Positions 22,089 through 32,701 of a stretch of 64,000 nucleotides of DNA are shown one piece after another. This DNA is from Pirellulales bacterium (GTDB lineage: Bacteria; Planctomycetota; Planctomycetia; Pirellulales; JALHPA01): the NCBI GenBank assembly GCA_049840575.1, contig JASGKV010000024.1, forward strand, positions 136,874 to 200,873. Reading direction: 5' to 3'. Below the pieces are notes generated by a model, which saw only the letters and a list, made by a program, of their open reading frames with translations, did not search any database and was not told where the DNA came from. Both the position numbers and the translations under genes were made by a program. Position 1 is the stretch's first letter; the number at the start of each line of letters is the position of its first letter.

Positions 22089-23603
22089 TTATCCAATCGC
22101 ACGCAACCGTTCTTCCACTCGCCGGATCGCTTCTTCCACCGGCCAGGTTTTGCCGCCGAAGGCGACTTTGCTTTGCTCGTTGACCCAGCTCACGACCTTC
22201 TTCTGGGCCGAGATCACCGTGCTGTGGCTGCGGCGGCCGAAGTAGCCGCCGATCTCGGACAACGCGGCGCGAGTGTATTTGCGGGCCATCCACATGGCCA
22301 GCATGCGGGTCGTGTTGACCGATTTGGCGCGGCGTTCGGTCTGCAGCGATTCGGCCGGCAGGCCCAAGGCGTCGCAGACCGCTTTCTCGATGTCCGGCAG
22401 CTTCCAGCCCTGGCCGCGGCGATGCAGCAAGTCGGCCAGCGCGTCTTCGACTTCGGCTTGATTCAACGCATGTCCCAACAACCGGCGGGTCGAGCGCCAG
22501 ACGTTGGATCGCGCCGCCCAACTCGCGGGCGTGTTCGTTCAAATGCGTGGCCAACAATTCGACGATTTCGTCGCCCAGGTCCAGATTCTTGGCTTCCGCC
22601 AATTGGCGGATGATGCCGACGCGGACCGGGTGGTCGGGCGTATCGAGTCGCGCCGACATGCCGCCGCTGAGGCGCAGTCCCTAAGTGCTGGCCAAGCTCG
22701 TGCAACTCATGCGGCGGACGATCCGAAGAGAGCACGACCTGTTTGTGATCGCGCAGCAACGTATCGAGCGTATGCACGAATTCCGTCAGCGTCGCCCGCT
22801 TGCCGGCCAAAAATTGCACGTCGTCGACCACTAAGAAATCGACCGAGCGATACTTCCGCCGGAACATCGGCAAACCGCGACCGTGCAACGCTTCCAAAAA
22901 CTGGCTGGTGAACTGTTCGGCCGTGAGAAACAGGCAATTCCGTGACGGATGCCGTGTGCGGTTGGCGTGGATCAGGCCTTCCAGCAAGTGCGTTTTGCCG
23001 GTGCCGGTGCCGCCGTGAATCAGCAACGGGTTGGGCTCGCCCGGGTGGTCGACCACTTGCATGACCGAAGCATGGGCCAAGCGATTGCAGTACCCGGTCA
23101 CGAACGAATCGAGCCGCGGCCCAACGCCGTGCACGTGGTTGCAGCCCCAGTGGTTCGGTCGACACCGGTTTTCCCGACGCTGCGTTCGGTAGCGAGAGGA
23201 TACGGATTTCATCGCTCTGCTTGGCGACCTTGCCCGAGTCTTGCGGCAGGCGCGCATCGGTACGGTCGATCGTCAGCGCGGCGGACTGCGCGGTTGCGGA
23301 GGTTTGCGGAGTTGCCGACGACGGCGCAGCGGCTTGCGCTTCCAGGGCGGCGACCAATTCGGCGTTGATCGCGAACTCCAACGGCACGGCGCGGCCCAGC
23401 ACGATGGCGGCGACTTCTTCCAAGTCTTTGCGGAAGTTGTTGCGCAGCCAGTCTTGATAGAACCGCCCCGCCGTCTCGACCAGCAAGCCGGTCGGGCGTA
23501 ACGTCAAACGCGTCTGTCCCCCGAACCACATTTCATAGCGTTCCCGTCCTACACGTTCGGCGAGGTTTGCCAACAACGCCGAAACGATTTCCATATCGTC
23601 CAT
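22089..23603 (-). CDS. dnaA: chromosomal replication initiator protein DnaA; 2-3 apparent frameshifts
   Basis: N-terminal domain (ORF 22707..23726: MDDMEIVSALLANLAERVGRERYEMWF...). AAA+ domain (ORF 22463..23257: NPLLIHGGTGTGKTHLLEGL..., FLVVDDVQFLAGKRATLTEFVHTLDTL, Walker A/B, sensor). C-terminal DNA-binding domain IV (ORF 22089..22481: ...ALSEIGGYFGRRSHSTVISAQKKV...). ATG 23603. Confidence 0.8.
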
Positions 23604-23971
23604 GGTCACTTCCTGCTTCGATGAGACGCGCGCGCAATACCCGATCGGCCACCCGTTTGGCGGGCGGTGATCAAGCGATGTACGAATCCGTCGCCGCCAG
23701 AAAAGCGGACAACGCAAGGGGCGCAAGATGCGTGGGAAAACGCTCGTTGCGAGATGCGATGTGTGTCACCCGACGACGCGATTGTAACCACGCTAGCAGC
23801 ATCGTCAAAGCACCAATTGCCGACGTCCCGAAGCGATCGAAACGAGTTCTTTCTTATCGGTCCGAATTGCCCGAGGAATGATGCGAATCCCACCTCGACC
23901 GGAGCGATGAATTTTTTCGCCGGCGGTTTTCGCGGCGTGGAAAAGGTGTTTGGATTCGGTCAGGATCGCGT

Positions 23972-24991
23972 TCAGACGCTGCGCGGTACGATGCGTATCT
24001 CCTTTAATTGCATTGAGTTAATGCGCTTCGCGAAATCCGGCGTTGGCCGGCTTCGTTTCTTCAGTCGTTTCGATGTTAGAATCAAGCCCGGCTCAGATCC
24101 TCGTCGCCAATGGCTTGGCCCAGGCGGTTTTTCGCACCATTCCAGCAGCCCGAAACGCTCGTAAATGCGACGTGCCGGCAGGTTGCGGACGTCGACCGCC
24201 AGGATCAGTTTATCGGCCCCCAGCAGGCGGCTTTGGTCGAGGCTCCAGGCCAGCAACTCGTCGCCGAATCCGTGCCCGCGACGGTTCGGGACGACTCCCC
24301 AATAAATCAGTTCCGTGAAGGCTGATTCGCTCTGCGAAGCAGTCGCCGGCGGTCGATGCTCGGCCAGCAGGACGCAGCCTACCGGCACATCCCCCTCCCA
24401 GGCCAGCCACCAGTGCCGCTCGGCCGCGTCGCCGACCGCCCGATAGCCGTCGAGCAGGTCTTCGATCGACCGGCGACCTTCCATCTCCGGAAAATCCCGG
24501 CTGCCGAGATAGGTCACCGCGACCGTCCGGCTTAACTCCTCGGGAGAGGATTCGGCGACTGGCCGAAACGCCAACCGCGTCGCAGGCGTCGCGGCCGGAA
24601 AGCGCCGTGCTAGACAGACTTGATACGATAAATCGCCTAACCGCTCGAATCCGAGTTCGGCGAGTCGCTGCGCGATCGGCGGTGTTTCCTCGGCGACCAA
24701 CGTCTGCAGCCACGACACGCCGCGGCGTCGGGCATAACTTTCGGCAGCTCGCCAAAGTTGGTTCGCGATCCGGTCGGATTCGTCGCCGACGTCGGGCATC
24801 ACGCGCGGGGCTTCGACGCTGGCCGTCCAACCGGCTTGCAGCTCGACGGCGATTACGCCCAGCAACGCGCCGTTCCGCGTCGCGGCCACGACGTCGATAC
24901 CTTCGGGGTATTCGCAGTTCAACAGCCGCGCGGCCGTCTGCCGATCTTCGGCCTGCAGTAGATCGAGTTCGAGCTCCTGCGAACCGGTCAT
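23972..24991 (-). CDS. GNAT-family N-acetyltransferase (tandem acetyltransferase domains)
   Basis: ORF 23972..25102. ...WWLAWEGDVPVGCVLLAEH..., ...GVVPNRRGHGFGDELLAWSLDQSRLLGADKLILAVDVRNLPARRIYERFGLLEW (acetyl-CoA binding R-x-x-G-x-G/A). Start is ATG 24991 or upstream 25102. Confidence 0.55.
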   Translation of the reverse strand: MTGSQELELDLLQAEDRQTAARLLNCEYPEGIDVVAATRNGALLGVIAVELQAGWTASVEAPRVMPDVGDESDRIANQLWRAAESYARRRGVSWLQTLVAEETPPIAQRLAELGFERLGDLSYQVCLARRFPAATPATRLAFRPVAESSPEELSRTVAVTYLGSRDFPEMEGRRSIEDLLDGYRAVGDAAERHWWLAWEGDVPVGCVLLAEHRPPATASQSESAFTELIYWGVVPNRRGHGFGDELLAWSLDQSRLLGADKLILAVDVRNLPARRIYERFGLLEWCEKPPGPSHWRRGSEPGLILTSKRLKKRSRPTPDFAKRINSMQLKEIRIVPRSV

Positions 24992-25134
24992 TCTTTCCAA
25001 ACGCGCGATGGGGAAGCGGAAACCCCTATCGTGGCCGGTTTCGCCGAATTCCTCAATGCGAATCCGGCTGTGAGCTTCGTAATCAGGCGGGCACAGCCGC
25101 ATCTGCTTATCGGCGATTCATCTCCAACTCCACT

Positions 25135-26036
25135 TCATAACGCAAATGCGGCGCTCGAGCGGACCATCTGCGCGGTGCGGATCGTCAGCAGATTCGGTTT
25201 GCTGCCGCGATGGCCTTCATAAAAGTGAACGCCCGGCTCGGTCGAGTTCTTCGGCGCGAACCCATAGCGTTGCACCAAATACATGACCAGCCGTTGCGGA
25301 TTGCCGACCGTGCCCGAGAACGTGATTCGCGAACAGCGGTGCGATTTATCGAAGTAGAACGTCAACGCGCCGGCCGGATCGATTTCGTTCGAGCCGGTCA
25401 CGAACGGCACGCGATAACCGCGGAGATCGCCCTCGACCAGTCCCGTGTTGACGCGCGGCCAGCGATACAGGACGTATTGCTGAGTCATGTCCAAATTCAG
25501 TCCTTCTTCCAACGTCGCGATCGCCAGCTCTTGCGATTTCGGCCCCGGCACCGGATCGTTCGGCCCAAATCCGGCCGGCACGCCGCCCTCGCCGGCTTTG
25601 TTCGACGATCCGACGTTCACCATTTTGCCGTTCGTGCCGGTGGGCGATTCGCTTTTCGTTGCGCCGCGCTCCATGGTGCGGCGTCGCGACCGGTCGCTTT
25701 TTGCGCTTGGTCGTAACCGTCGATGGCGCGTTGCGCGGCTTGTTCGACGCGGTCTTGCGCGCGTTCGATCTCGCCGGCCGCCCGTTCAGCGGAATCGCTG
25801 ACCGTGCGGAACACGCTCGATTTCGTCGGCGCGTCGCGCCATGACGTATCGTTGACCAACGTGTTGGTCTTTTCCCACGAGCGTTGTAACTCGATCCCTT
25901 CGGCCGAATTCACGCGTGGCGAACTCGACGCGGGAACTTGGACCCAATCCAGGATCTGTCGCCACTCGCTGGCGGCGTACGGAACGCCGAGCGCCGAGGC
26001 CAACAACCCGACGAACATCACGTGATGCTTCAACAT
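25135..26036 (-). CDS. hypothetical secreted protein; 1 apparent frameshift (~25650)
   Basis: ATG 26036: MLKHHVMFVGLLASALGVPYAASEW signal. ORFs 25617..26102 and 25135..25674 join. Confidence 0.4.
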
Positions 26037-26456
26037 GGACGGAACTCGCCGCGGGACGACCGTCGAAGCGGCCGCCATGCCGTTCGCGATCTCCTCGTTC
26101 ACCGGGCCCGCAGAATCCGTCCGTCGCGGGAGAGAGCGTGAGGGCTCGTCGGTTTTCTTCGACCGACGTTACGCTGCGGCTTGAACGACGCGATCCGACG
26201 TGCCGGCATCGCTACCATCGTTAGAGTCGCGGTGTGATCCGTTCCAATTATGCTCCTTTCTCGGTTTTGCAGCCGTATCTCCGAGCGCGGATTCTCGCGA
26301 GCGAAACATGGGATTGTGATGCAGACAAACGCGGTTGCCGGCACGAAAACTCTACCGCGACTTTCACGCGATCACCGATCGGATTGCTCTCGTGCTCACC
26401 TCCGATTGCTCGTATCCTTCGCGCGGATTTCGGTCAACTCTCTAAAGGAACACGAC

Positions 26457-26951
26457 ATGACATGGGCAACTTTGCGAATCCTCGCGTTGGCGGTCGTCTG
26501 TTTTGGCGCGGGCTACGTCGTTCCGAAGTTCGAGCACGCTCGGATCGAACCCCACGAACCAACGGCGACCAAGATTGAAAGCGTCATTCGTACTTACGCG
26601 CTTTCAAACGCGGCTGTGACCGAGGCGACGATCGAGTTAACCAAAACGCTGGGCGACGTAGCGTGTAACTTCGAGGTCGATACGGAAAACAACTCTTTCG
26701 CCGCGTACGCCCTGCCGGAAGTCCACGAACGGATTCAGTCGCTGATCGCGAAGCTCGATGCGCGGCCGGCGATGGTGAAAATCAATTGCGAACTGTCGCG
26801 CACGGACTCCGAAGGCAAACGGACCGTCATCTCGCGTCCGCAAGTGATGACCATCGATGCCATGGAAGCGATGATCTCCGTGGGACAAGCCGACGGCGAA
26901 ACATTCGAAGTGAAGTTGCTCCCAAATATCGTTTCCTACGACGCGCCGTAG
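26457..26951 (+). CDS. hypothetical small membrane/secreted protein
   Basis: ATG 26457 with AAAGGA 7-12 nt upstream. MTWATLRILALAVVCFGAGYVVP hydrophobic N-terminus. 164 aa. Confidence 0.45.
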   Translation: MTWATLRILALAVVCFGAGYVVPKFEHARIEPHEPTATKIESVIRTYALSNAAVTEATIELTKTLGDVACNFEVDTENNSFAAYALPEVHERIQSLIAKLDARPAMVKINCELSRTDSEGKRTVISRPQVMTIDAMEAMISVGQADGETFEVKLLPNIVSYDAP

Positions 26952-27021
26952 AACGCTTTACACAAGCCGACCCCGGTCGGCTACCCGTCGGATTTCGATC
27001 GAACGTCGAACATTCGGCGCA

Positions 27022-27716
27022 TCAACGCCGCGCGGCCGCCGATATTTCGTCGATCAACTTCCGCGGCGCCCCGATGTCGACGACACGGACCTCGCCTAAG
27101 TACTTCGTCGACGCTGGGTTCTCGAAGCCCCGTTTTTCGGCCACGAACGTGCATGTCCGCGTCGCTCTCACGGTGTGCGCGGCCGGGACGCCCGTGTCGC
27201 AATCCAGTCCGCTCGGCAGGTCGACGGCCAGTACCGGTCGGCCTGCCCCGTTGATCGCGGCGATCGCCTGAGCGTACGGCGCCGGGGTTCGCCCACGGCG
27301 CCGGTCCCCAGCAACGCGTCGACGACCCAACTCACGCCGGCGAGTTTCGCCGCGACCCGCGGCAGCCAACTCGGGCGGTCCGCGCGATCCGCGCAGATCG
27401 TGATCGGCAAACCGGCCGCCGACGCGATGCGATAATTCGTCGCCGCATCGCCGGTCAACGCATCGGCTTCGCAAAACAGCAGGATTTCGACCGCGATTCC
27501 GCGCAGTTCCAAATGTCGCGCGATCACGAACCCATCGCCGCCGTTGTTTCCTTTGCCGCAGCAGATCACGACCGGCCCCGCGCCGCAATCCTCAGACAGG
27601 ATCTCGGCGACGCCGCGGCCGGCGTTTTCCATCAACACGATGCCGGGCACGCCGAACTCCTCGATCGCCCGGCGATCGACGTCGCGCACCTCGGCTCGGG
27701 TCAACGTGGTTTTCAT
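27022..27716 (-). CDS. nnrE: NAD(P)H-hydrate epimerase (YjeF N-terminal domain); 1 apparent frameshift
   Basis: ...LMENAGRGVAEIL...VVICCGKGNNGGDGFVIARHLELRGIAVEILLF...TGDAATNYRI... then in a second frame ...AVDLPSGLDCDTGVPAAHTVRATRTCTFVAEKRGFENPASTKYLGEVRVVDIGAPRKL. Confidence 0.65.
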
Positions 27717-27900
27717 CGTGATCGTGTTGGGCTTACGGGGCGGTGCATCAAAACGGATTCAACGCTTACCTGGATTCGCTTCTTGTCGCTGCGCAGACCC
27801 GGGATCAAGATCCCGGGCCACCCTGTTGTCTTTTTGTTCCTTTTGTTGTTCTTGTGGCCAATCCTTTTGTTTTTTTGAGCCTCTTTGAGGCCATCCGTAT

Positions 27901-28858
27901 TCACTCGGCTTTCGCGGCCGGCTCGGGTTTCTTGAAGTCCAAATCGTGCCGCCGTTTCGATTCGTCCCGTTTGAAGATCGGGCCGACTTCCACCACGCAG
28001 GCGTCGCCGTCGGTCTTCACCCACGCGCAGTCCGGCGCGGCGGGACCGGTCTTCGCCGGGTAGTACGCGTGCGCTTTCTTCAGCGGGATCGGCGCACCGT
28101 TGATCCGCGGCATGCCGAACGTCACGTGGATCGCCGGGATGTTCGAACGCGGAATCTTCGCCGTCGAATACACTTCGACGAACGCCGAATGCTTGTTCCA
28201 GTATTGGAACGTCTCGCCCTCGAAACGTAACGCGCCGACCTCGTGCGTCTTGCCATCGGGCAGTTTGATGCGGCAGTGAAACCACGTGTTCTTCTTGTCG
28301 CCGTCGGTTTCGGTTTCACCTTTGACGATCGTGTACGTGTAGGTCCCTTTGCCCCAGACGAACGGTCGACGGACGCTGGCGAACTCGCCTTCGTAGCCTG
28401 CGCTTTCGACCAAGCAATCGTCGCCGGCCGTTTTCACGTGATCGAGCCCGATGGGCGTTTTCTTGTCGTTGGACCAGCGCGAGAAAATGCCCCCCTTGCC
28501 GGAAAAGACGCGTTTGCGACTTTCCTTGTCGGCCCAACCGTTGATGTTGGTTTGGATGCCGCCGTAGAACTGTTGCTTGTTGATGTTGGCCACGCCGACC
28601 GGCGCAACGTACAAGTTGTAGGTCGACGGAATGTCGCGATCGATCGTGACGTCGACCTCGAGCGACGTGAAATCGTCGACCGGCTTTTCGAGATCCCACC
28701 AAATATTGGCCACATGCCAGGGCAACTTCGGCAGTTCGACGCCGGCCGCCTTGGCCATTTCGACGGGCGTCGGTTGCGCAAGGATCGGCGACCTCGTCGG
28801 CGAACGCGAACGAGCAGCAGATTCCCACGGCCACGATGATCCCGACACGCAACGACAT
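27901..28858 (-). CDS. hypothetical secreted protein; 1 apparent frameshift near the 5' end
   Basis: ATG 28858: MSLRVGIIVAVGICCSFAFADEVADP signal (ORF 28316..28897 frame), continuing in ORF 27901..28848 (ILAQPTPVEMAKAAGVELPKLPWHVANIWWDLEKP...). No confident family. Confidence 0.45.
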
Positions 28859-29205
28859 AACGACCTGACTAGAAAAAACGAGTTGATGTCTCATCACGCT
28901 CCCCGCGCGGTCGCGTGAACAAACGATGATCTGATGATAGCCCCGTCATAGCGTTGCGTGCTGGATCGTTTCCGCAACGCGGATGACGATTTGCGCATAA
29001 ACGCGTGAAACGTGATGACTATCGAAGCGTAAAGTGACTTGTTCTCGCTCGAATTTCGCCACAAATTCACGATCTACGGTCGGCATTCATCAGCTTCAAG
29101 ACACTTTACACGCGTTGACCTCGACGATTTTCTCTACACCGTATTTCTATCCGTGTTCATCCGTTCGATCCGTCGAATCCGTGATCCATTTCTCCAATCG
29201 GATTT

Positions 29206-30351
29206 CTATTTCAAACGCTGCGTGTGTTTTAGCAATTCCGCGTCGAGTTCCTTCGGATCGCCGAAGGCGTCGCGGAACTCCTTCATCCGTTCCTCCGGTT
29301 CGTCCCACACGAACGGCGGTTTGTCGGCCAGTTTTTGCATATAGCCGACGTATTCCTTCGGTTTCATCTTCAACAGGAAGTGGTTCAACGCCCACGCTTC
29401 GGCGTACGCGTCGAGCGATTGCTTGGGCTGTACAAAACGTTTGTTGTCGACGACCAGCGTCGACAGCGACTCGCCCGGCCGTTGCGGGACGTACTCGCGG
29501 AAACGGTCCAAGCGCGAGCCGTTCGTCGCGCCGATCGTCGCCCAGGCGCGTTGCGTGCTAAGGTCCGGCGTTTCGAAAAACACGGCCAACCCTTCGGCGA
29601 CCCACAACGGAATATCGGCGAAGCGGCGATGCAGACCGCGGTTGTACGCGATTTGGTGCGTCGCTTCGTGCACGATCGTGGCGACCATCTGCGACGCCTC
29701 GGGCTGCGACAACATCGCGTTGATCTGTTGCGCGTTGCCGCGCTGATCGCCCGGGCGACGCAGCGCTTGTTGACCGGTCAGGTCGTACAACGTGATCCGA
29801 TTGGTCTGCAAACTGTAGAACGCCACGACTTGCCGGGCGTCGCCTTGCAGTTCGTTTTTCGTAAACGTCGAGTAATTTTCCACGCCGTCGAAGACCAACA
29901 CCATCAGCGGAAATTCGGGCTCCTTCAATTTGAAACCGAGCTTGGTCCAATAGTTCGAAAAGCCGGCGTACAAACGCTCCAACAACCCGCCCACCCATTG
30001 GGCGTAGGCCTTGCTGGTGTTGTGGACGATCACGTAATGCACGGTCGCATGGACGGTGAACCCGGCCGGCAGTTCGGCCTGCAATTGCTTGGCCGCTTCG
30101 GCCGGCTTCAGCGGCGTAAACGGGCGAGCGTCGGTCGTGTGTTTGACCAATTCCTCGGGCTGGATCGTCCAAATCCGGCCGTCGACGCCTTCGAGCATCA
30201 ATCCGCCGTCGGCGGCTTTCACCAGCAGCCGCGCGTTCAACGTCCGCTTCTCGCCGCCGCGCTGGTACTCGACGACGTCGAGCGCACTCGCGCAACGGGC
30301 AAGCCCGGCGAGCAATAGCGTGACACAAAGACAACGGAGCACGAACGACAC
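29206..30351 (-). CDS. DUF1570-domain secreted protein (HExxH-containing)
   Basis: GTG ~30351 (VSFVLRCLCVTLLLAGLARCASA signal). ...MVATIVHEATHQIAYNRGLHRRFADIPLWVAEGLAVFFE..., the core pattern of DUF1570 (family call from memory). Confidence 0.55.
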   Translation of the reverse strand: MSFVLRCLCVTLLLAGLARCASALDVVEYQRGGEKRTLNARLLVKAADGGLMLEGVDGRIWTIQPEELVKHTTDARPFTPLKPAEAAKQLQAELPAGFTVHATVHYVIVHNTSKAYAQWVGGLLERLYAGFSNYWTKLGFKLKEPEFPLMVLVFDGVENYSTFTKNELQGDARQVVAFYSLQTNRITLYDLTGQQALRRPGDQRGNAQQINAMLSQPEASQMVATIVHEATHQIAYNRGLHRRFADIPLWVAEGLAVFFETPDLSTQRAWATIGATNGSRLDRFREYVPQRPGESLSTLVVDNKRFVQPKQSLDAYAEAWALNHFLLKMKPKEYVGYMQKLADKPPFVWDEPEERMKEFRDAFGDPKELDAELLKHTQRLK

Positions 30352-30536
30352 GGGGAAATCCTGGAAAACCGAATGGCGGCGACTGGTTTTATCGTAATCG
30401 GGACGGGGACGAGCGGAAAATACGGAATTCGAGTCAACGGGCGACCACAGGACGCGGTGACTCCGAATGATTCGCGTGTTTTTCCTTATTTCTCCGAGCC
30501 ACACGATCTTTCGCCAAACCACCCGGTCTCACCGAT

Positions 30537-30960
30537 TTCACTGTACGAGCGTTACGAGCGAAATGAGCGTAACGATCGACATGATTTTTTCACTTCGCGA
30601 AAGGCCCCTCTCGGGAGCGTCCCTACCTAACTTCACTGCACGAGCGTTACGAGCGTTACGATCACAAGCGACGCGAGTGTTTTTTTGATCCAGCCGCCGG
30701 CGTTCGTCTGCGGTTCGCCCACATCGCTAAAACGCCCCATTTTGAATTCGCGAGCGTTACGAGCGTTGCGCACGTTACGAGCGATCGGAAATTCGTTTTC
30801 ACGACGAAGCGACGCATGCACCTCGCGATGCGGGGCGATCGAACGGTCGCCGATCGTCCACCCCATTGCCGGATGTTCGGCGAGCCCGGCTCGACGCGGC
30901 TTACCTATCTTCACTTTGCGAGCGAAACGCGCAGTTGCGACCAAGTGTGTCGCGTGGTTT
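30537..30960 (+). repeat. cluster of four degenerate direct repeats containing a tandem 9-mer (ACGAGCGTT)2-4
   Basis: Units at 30537 (ttcactgtACGAGCGTTACGAGCGaaatgagcgtaacg...T6), 30632 (ttcactgcACGAGCGTTACGAGCGTTACGatc...T7), 30747 (ttcgcGAGCGTTACGAGCGTTgcgcACGTTACGAGCGat...T4) and 30910 (ttcactttgcgagcgaaacgcgc...T5). Units 2 and 4 are preceded by cctacctaac / cttacctatc. Lies in a ~940-bp stretch with no convincing ORF. Confidence 0.5.
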
Positions 30961-31300
30961 TTCCCAAAACGAGGGACGTCGGTCTCCTGGGTGACTGCGA
31001 TCGATCGTCCACTCTTAGAAACTCAGGGGACTAACGTCCCCCGCTCGGGAAGATTCGTGGAGAACGCTTCGCATTCCGACGAAAACCCCCGCGACGTTAT
31101 TATATACGCACGTACACTCGCGCGTCAAGGCTATTTCGCAAGAATTTTCTACTCAAAACGTCGTGTCTTGCGCGTCCCCCAGTCACGCCTTTTCCGTCGG
31201 CCAGGGCGTGGCAGCGCGGTGTTTCGTTAAAGCAACGGACGGTTCGGAGACTTCGGGGAGGAAGCGTCGGCCCTCCGGTTTCGCTCGGCGCGCCGGCCGA

Positions 31301-32701
31301 TTAATAGACGTCCAAGCCGCTCAGTTTTTCTTCCACCTGATCGGCTTGCCACGCCACCGCGCCGACGACTTGCGTCACGGCCAGCGGGTTGAGCATATCG
31401 GCCGGCAGGTTGGCTTGAATCACCAAGCTTTCGGACTCGCCCAGTTTGGCCACGGCGAACGCGCCGTAGACCATCTTGCCGTTGAAGCGGAGCAGCGTCA
31501 GCGCGTTCTTTTCGGTGACCGGCCCGCAGGTCGAGCGGAACGACACGATGGCGTGCCCTTCTTCGTCTTTGCGATCCAGCAACGCGGTGACCTGCTGTTT
31601 GCGGAGCGTGCCGATCGGCACGGTCATCACGATTTCGTCGCCGTGATTTTGCAACGCATAGCCGGCCGCTTCGGCCGCTTGCGTCACGATCTCGGCCGGG
31701 TTGCCGGTTTCGCGGGCCAGTTGCCCGAACTCGGGCCGCTCCCCCTTTTTTCCGGCCGCCGCCGCGCCGGGATACAGCGGAGGGAGTCCGCCGCTTTGCC
31801 CCGGCGATTGCGGAAACGCGGATGGTTGCGGCGTGGGCATCGGACTGCCCGAGAGCGGGCCGGTGTTGCCGCCGCCAGCCATCATGCCCGGAATGGCCAT
31901 CCCCATGCCGAAGCCGACGCCCATCCCCAGCGAGCCGGGAACTTGGCCGCTTTCGGACATCTTGCCCAGGCTCTTGGCCGTTTGATAACGCATGTACGAA
32001 TTCAAATCGCCGATCACGCCCATCGAACCGCGCGCATCGATCGCCTTTTGCACTTCGTCGGGCGGCGTGATGGCGTTGATGAAGAGATCGACCAGTTCCA
32101 AACCGTACTTGCCGAAGTCCTCGGCCACCTTGGCCCGCACGCCGGACGCGATCTCGTCGTAGCGCGACGGGAGATCGAGCAAGCTGGGGTTCATCGCGCC
32201 GAGCAAGTCGGTCAGCTTGCTGACGATCACGTCTTTTTGAAACGAGACGATCTCGTCGGTCGTGTACTTGCCCTGGCTGCCGACCAGCGTGTTGAGCAGC
32301 AGCGCGGCGTCGACGACGCGGAACGAATACTTGCCGAACGAGCGCAAACGCACCGCGCCGAAATCCTTATCGCGAAACGCGATCGGCTGACGCGTGCCCC
32401 ATTTCTGATCGATGAACGTCTGCTTGCCGATGAAGTAGACGCAGGCCTGAAACGGCGATTTTTCCCAAGGAATCGTCAGGATCCGCGTGAGAAACGGGAC
32501 GTTTTGCGTGGTTAACGTGTGGCGGCCCGGGCCGAAGCTATCCATCGCCCGGCCGTCGCGGAAGAAGATCGCTTCCTGCGCCGAGCCGACGATCAACTGC
32601 GCACCGTACTTGATGTCGGCCGTCCCGTCGGCCGGGATGCGCTGCACCAGCGATTGATTCGCTTCGTCGTGATATTGAATGACTTCGAGTCGAAGGCCCA
32701 T
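31301..32701 (-). CDS. SPFH (band-7/stomatin-prohibitin-flotillin-HflK/C) domain protein
   Basis: 466 aa with ATG 32701. N-terminal SPFH-like region (IVGSAQEAIFFRDGRAMDSFGPGRHTLTTQNVPFL...). Gly/Met/Pro-rich linker. C-terminal domain of the COG4260-type architecture. Confidence 0.7.
   Translation of the reverse strand: MGLRLEVIQYHDEANQSLVQRIPADGTADIKYGAQLIVGSAQEAIFFRDGRAMDSFGPGRHTLTTQNVPFLTRILTIPWEKSPFQACVYFIGKQTFIDQKWGTRQPIAFRDKDFGAVRLRSFGKYSFRVVDAALLLNTLVGSQGKYTTDEIVSFQKDVIVSKLTDLLGAMNPSLLDLPSRYDEIASGVRAKVAEDFGKYGLELVDLFINAITPPDEVQKAIDARGSMGVIGDLNSYMRYQTAKSLGKMSESGQVPGSLGMGVGFGMGMAIPGMMAGGGNTGPLSGSPMPTPQPSAFPQSPGQSGGLPPLYPGAAAAGKKGERPEFGQLARETGNPAEIVTQAAEAAGYALQNHGDEIVMTVPIGTLRKQQVTALLDRKDEEGHAIVSFRSTCGPVTEKNALTLLRFNGKMVYGAFAVAKLGESESLVIQANLPADMLNPLAVTQVVGAVAWQADQVEEKLSGLDVY

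Noticed and set aside
23604-23971. DnaA-box cluster (oriC) upstream of dnaA
   Set aside because: No close matches to TTATCCACA/TGTGGATAA found by eye. Retained only as a low-confidence candidate region in findings.
27797-27891. Hairpins gacccgggatcaagatcccgggcc and gcctctttgaggc with T-rich plus-strand flanks as a plus-strand terminator
   Set aside because: No plus-strand gene ends upstream of them. On the minus strand, where the flanking genes are, they are followed by A-rich rather than U-rich sequence. Function unclear, not called.
30537-30960. Possible CRISPR array suggested by reiterated ACGAGCGTTACGAGCG cores
   Set aside because: Repeat units are degenerate and differ in length. Spacing is irregular (95/115/163 bp). 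The repeat itself is a 9-mer microsatellite rather than a 24-47-bp palindromic repeat. No cas genes nearby.
30373-31230. Five short ORFs (85, 73, 103, 181, 72 aa) in the repeat-bearing intergenic region
   Set aside because: Mutually overlapping on both strands. Translations are dominated by the 9-mer repeat (YERYER / TSVTSV / RALRAL). No start signals.
31163-32515. 450-aa plus-strand ORF
   Set aside because: Antisense to the SPFH gene. Arg/Gly/Ala-rich composition. No start context.
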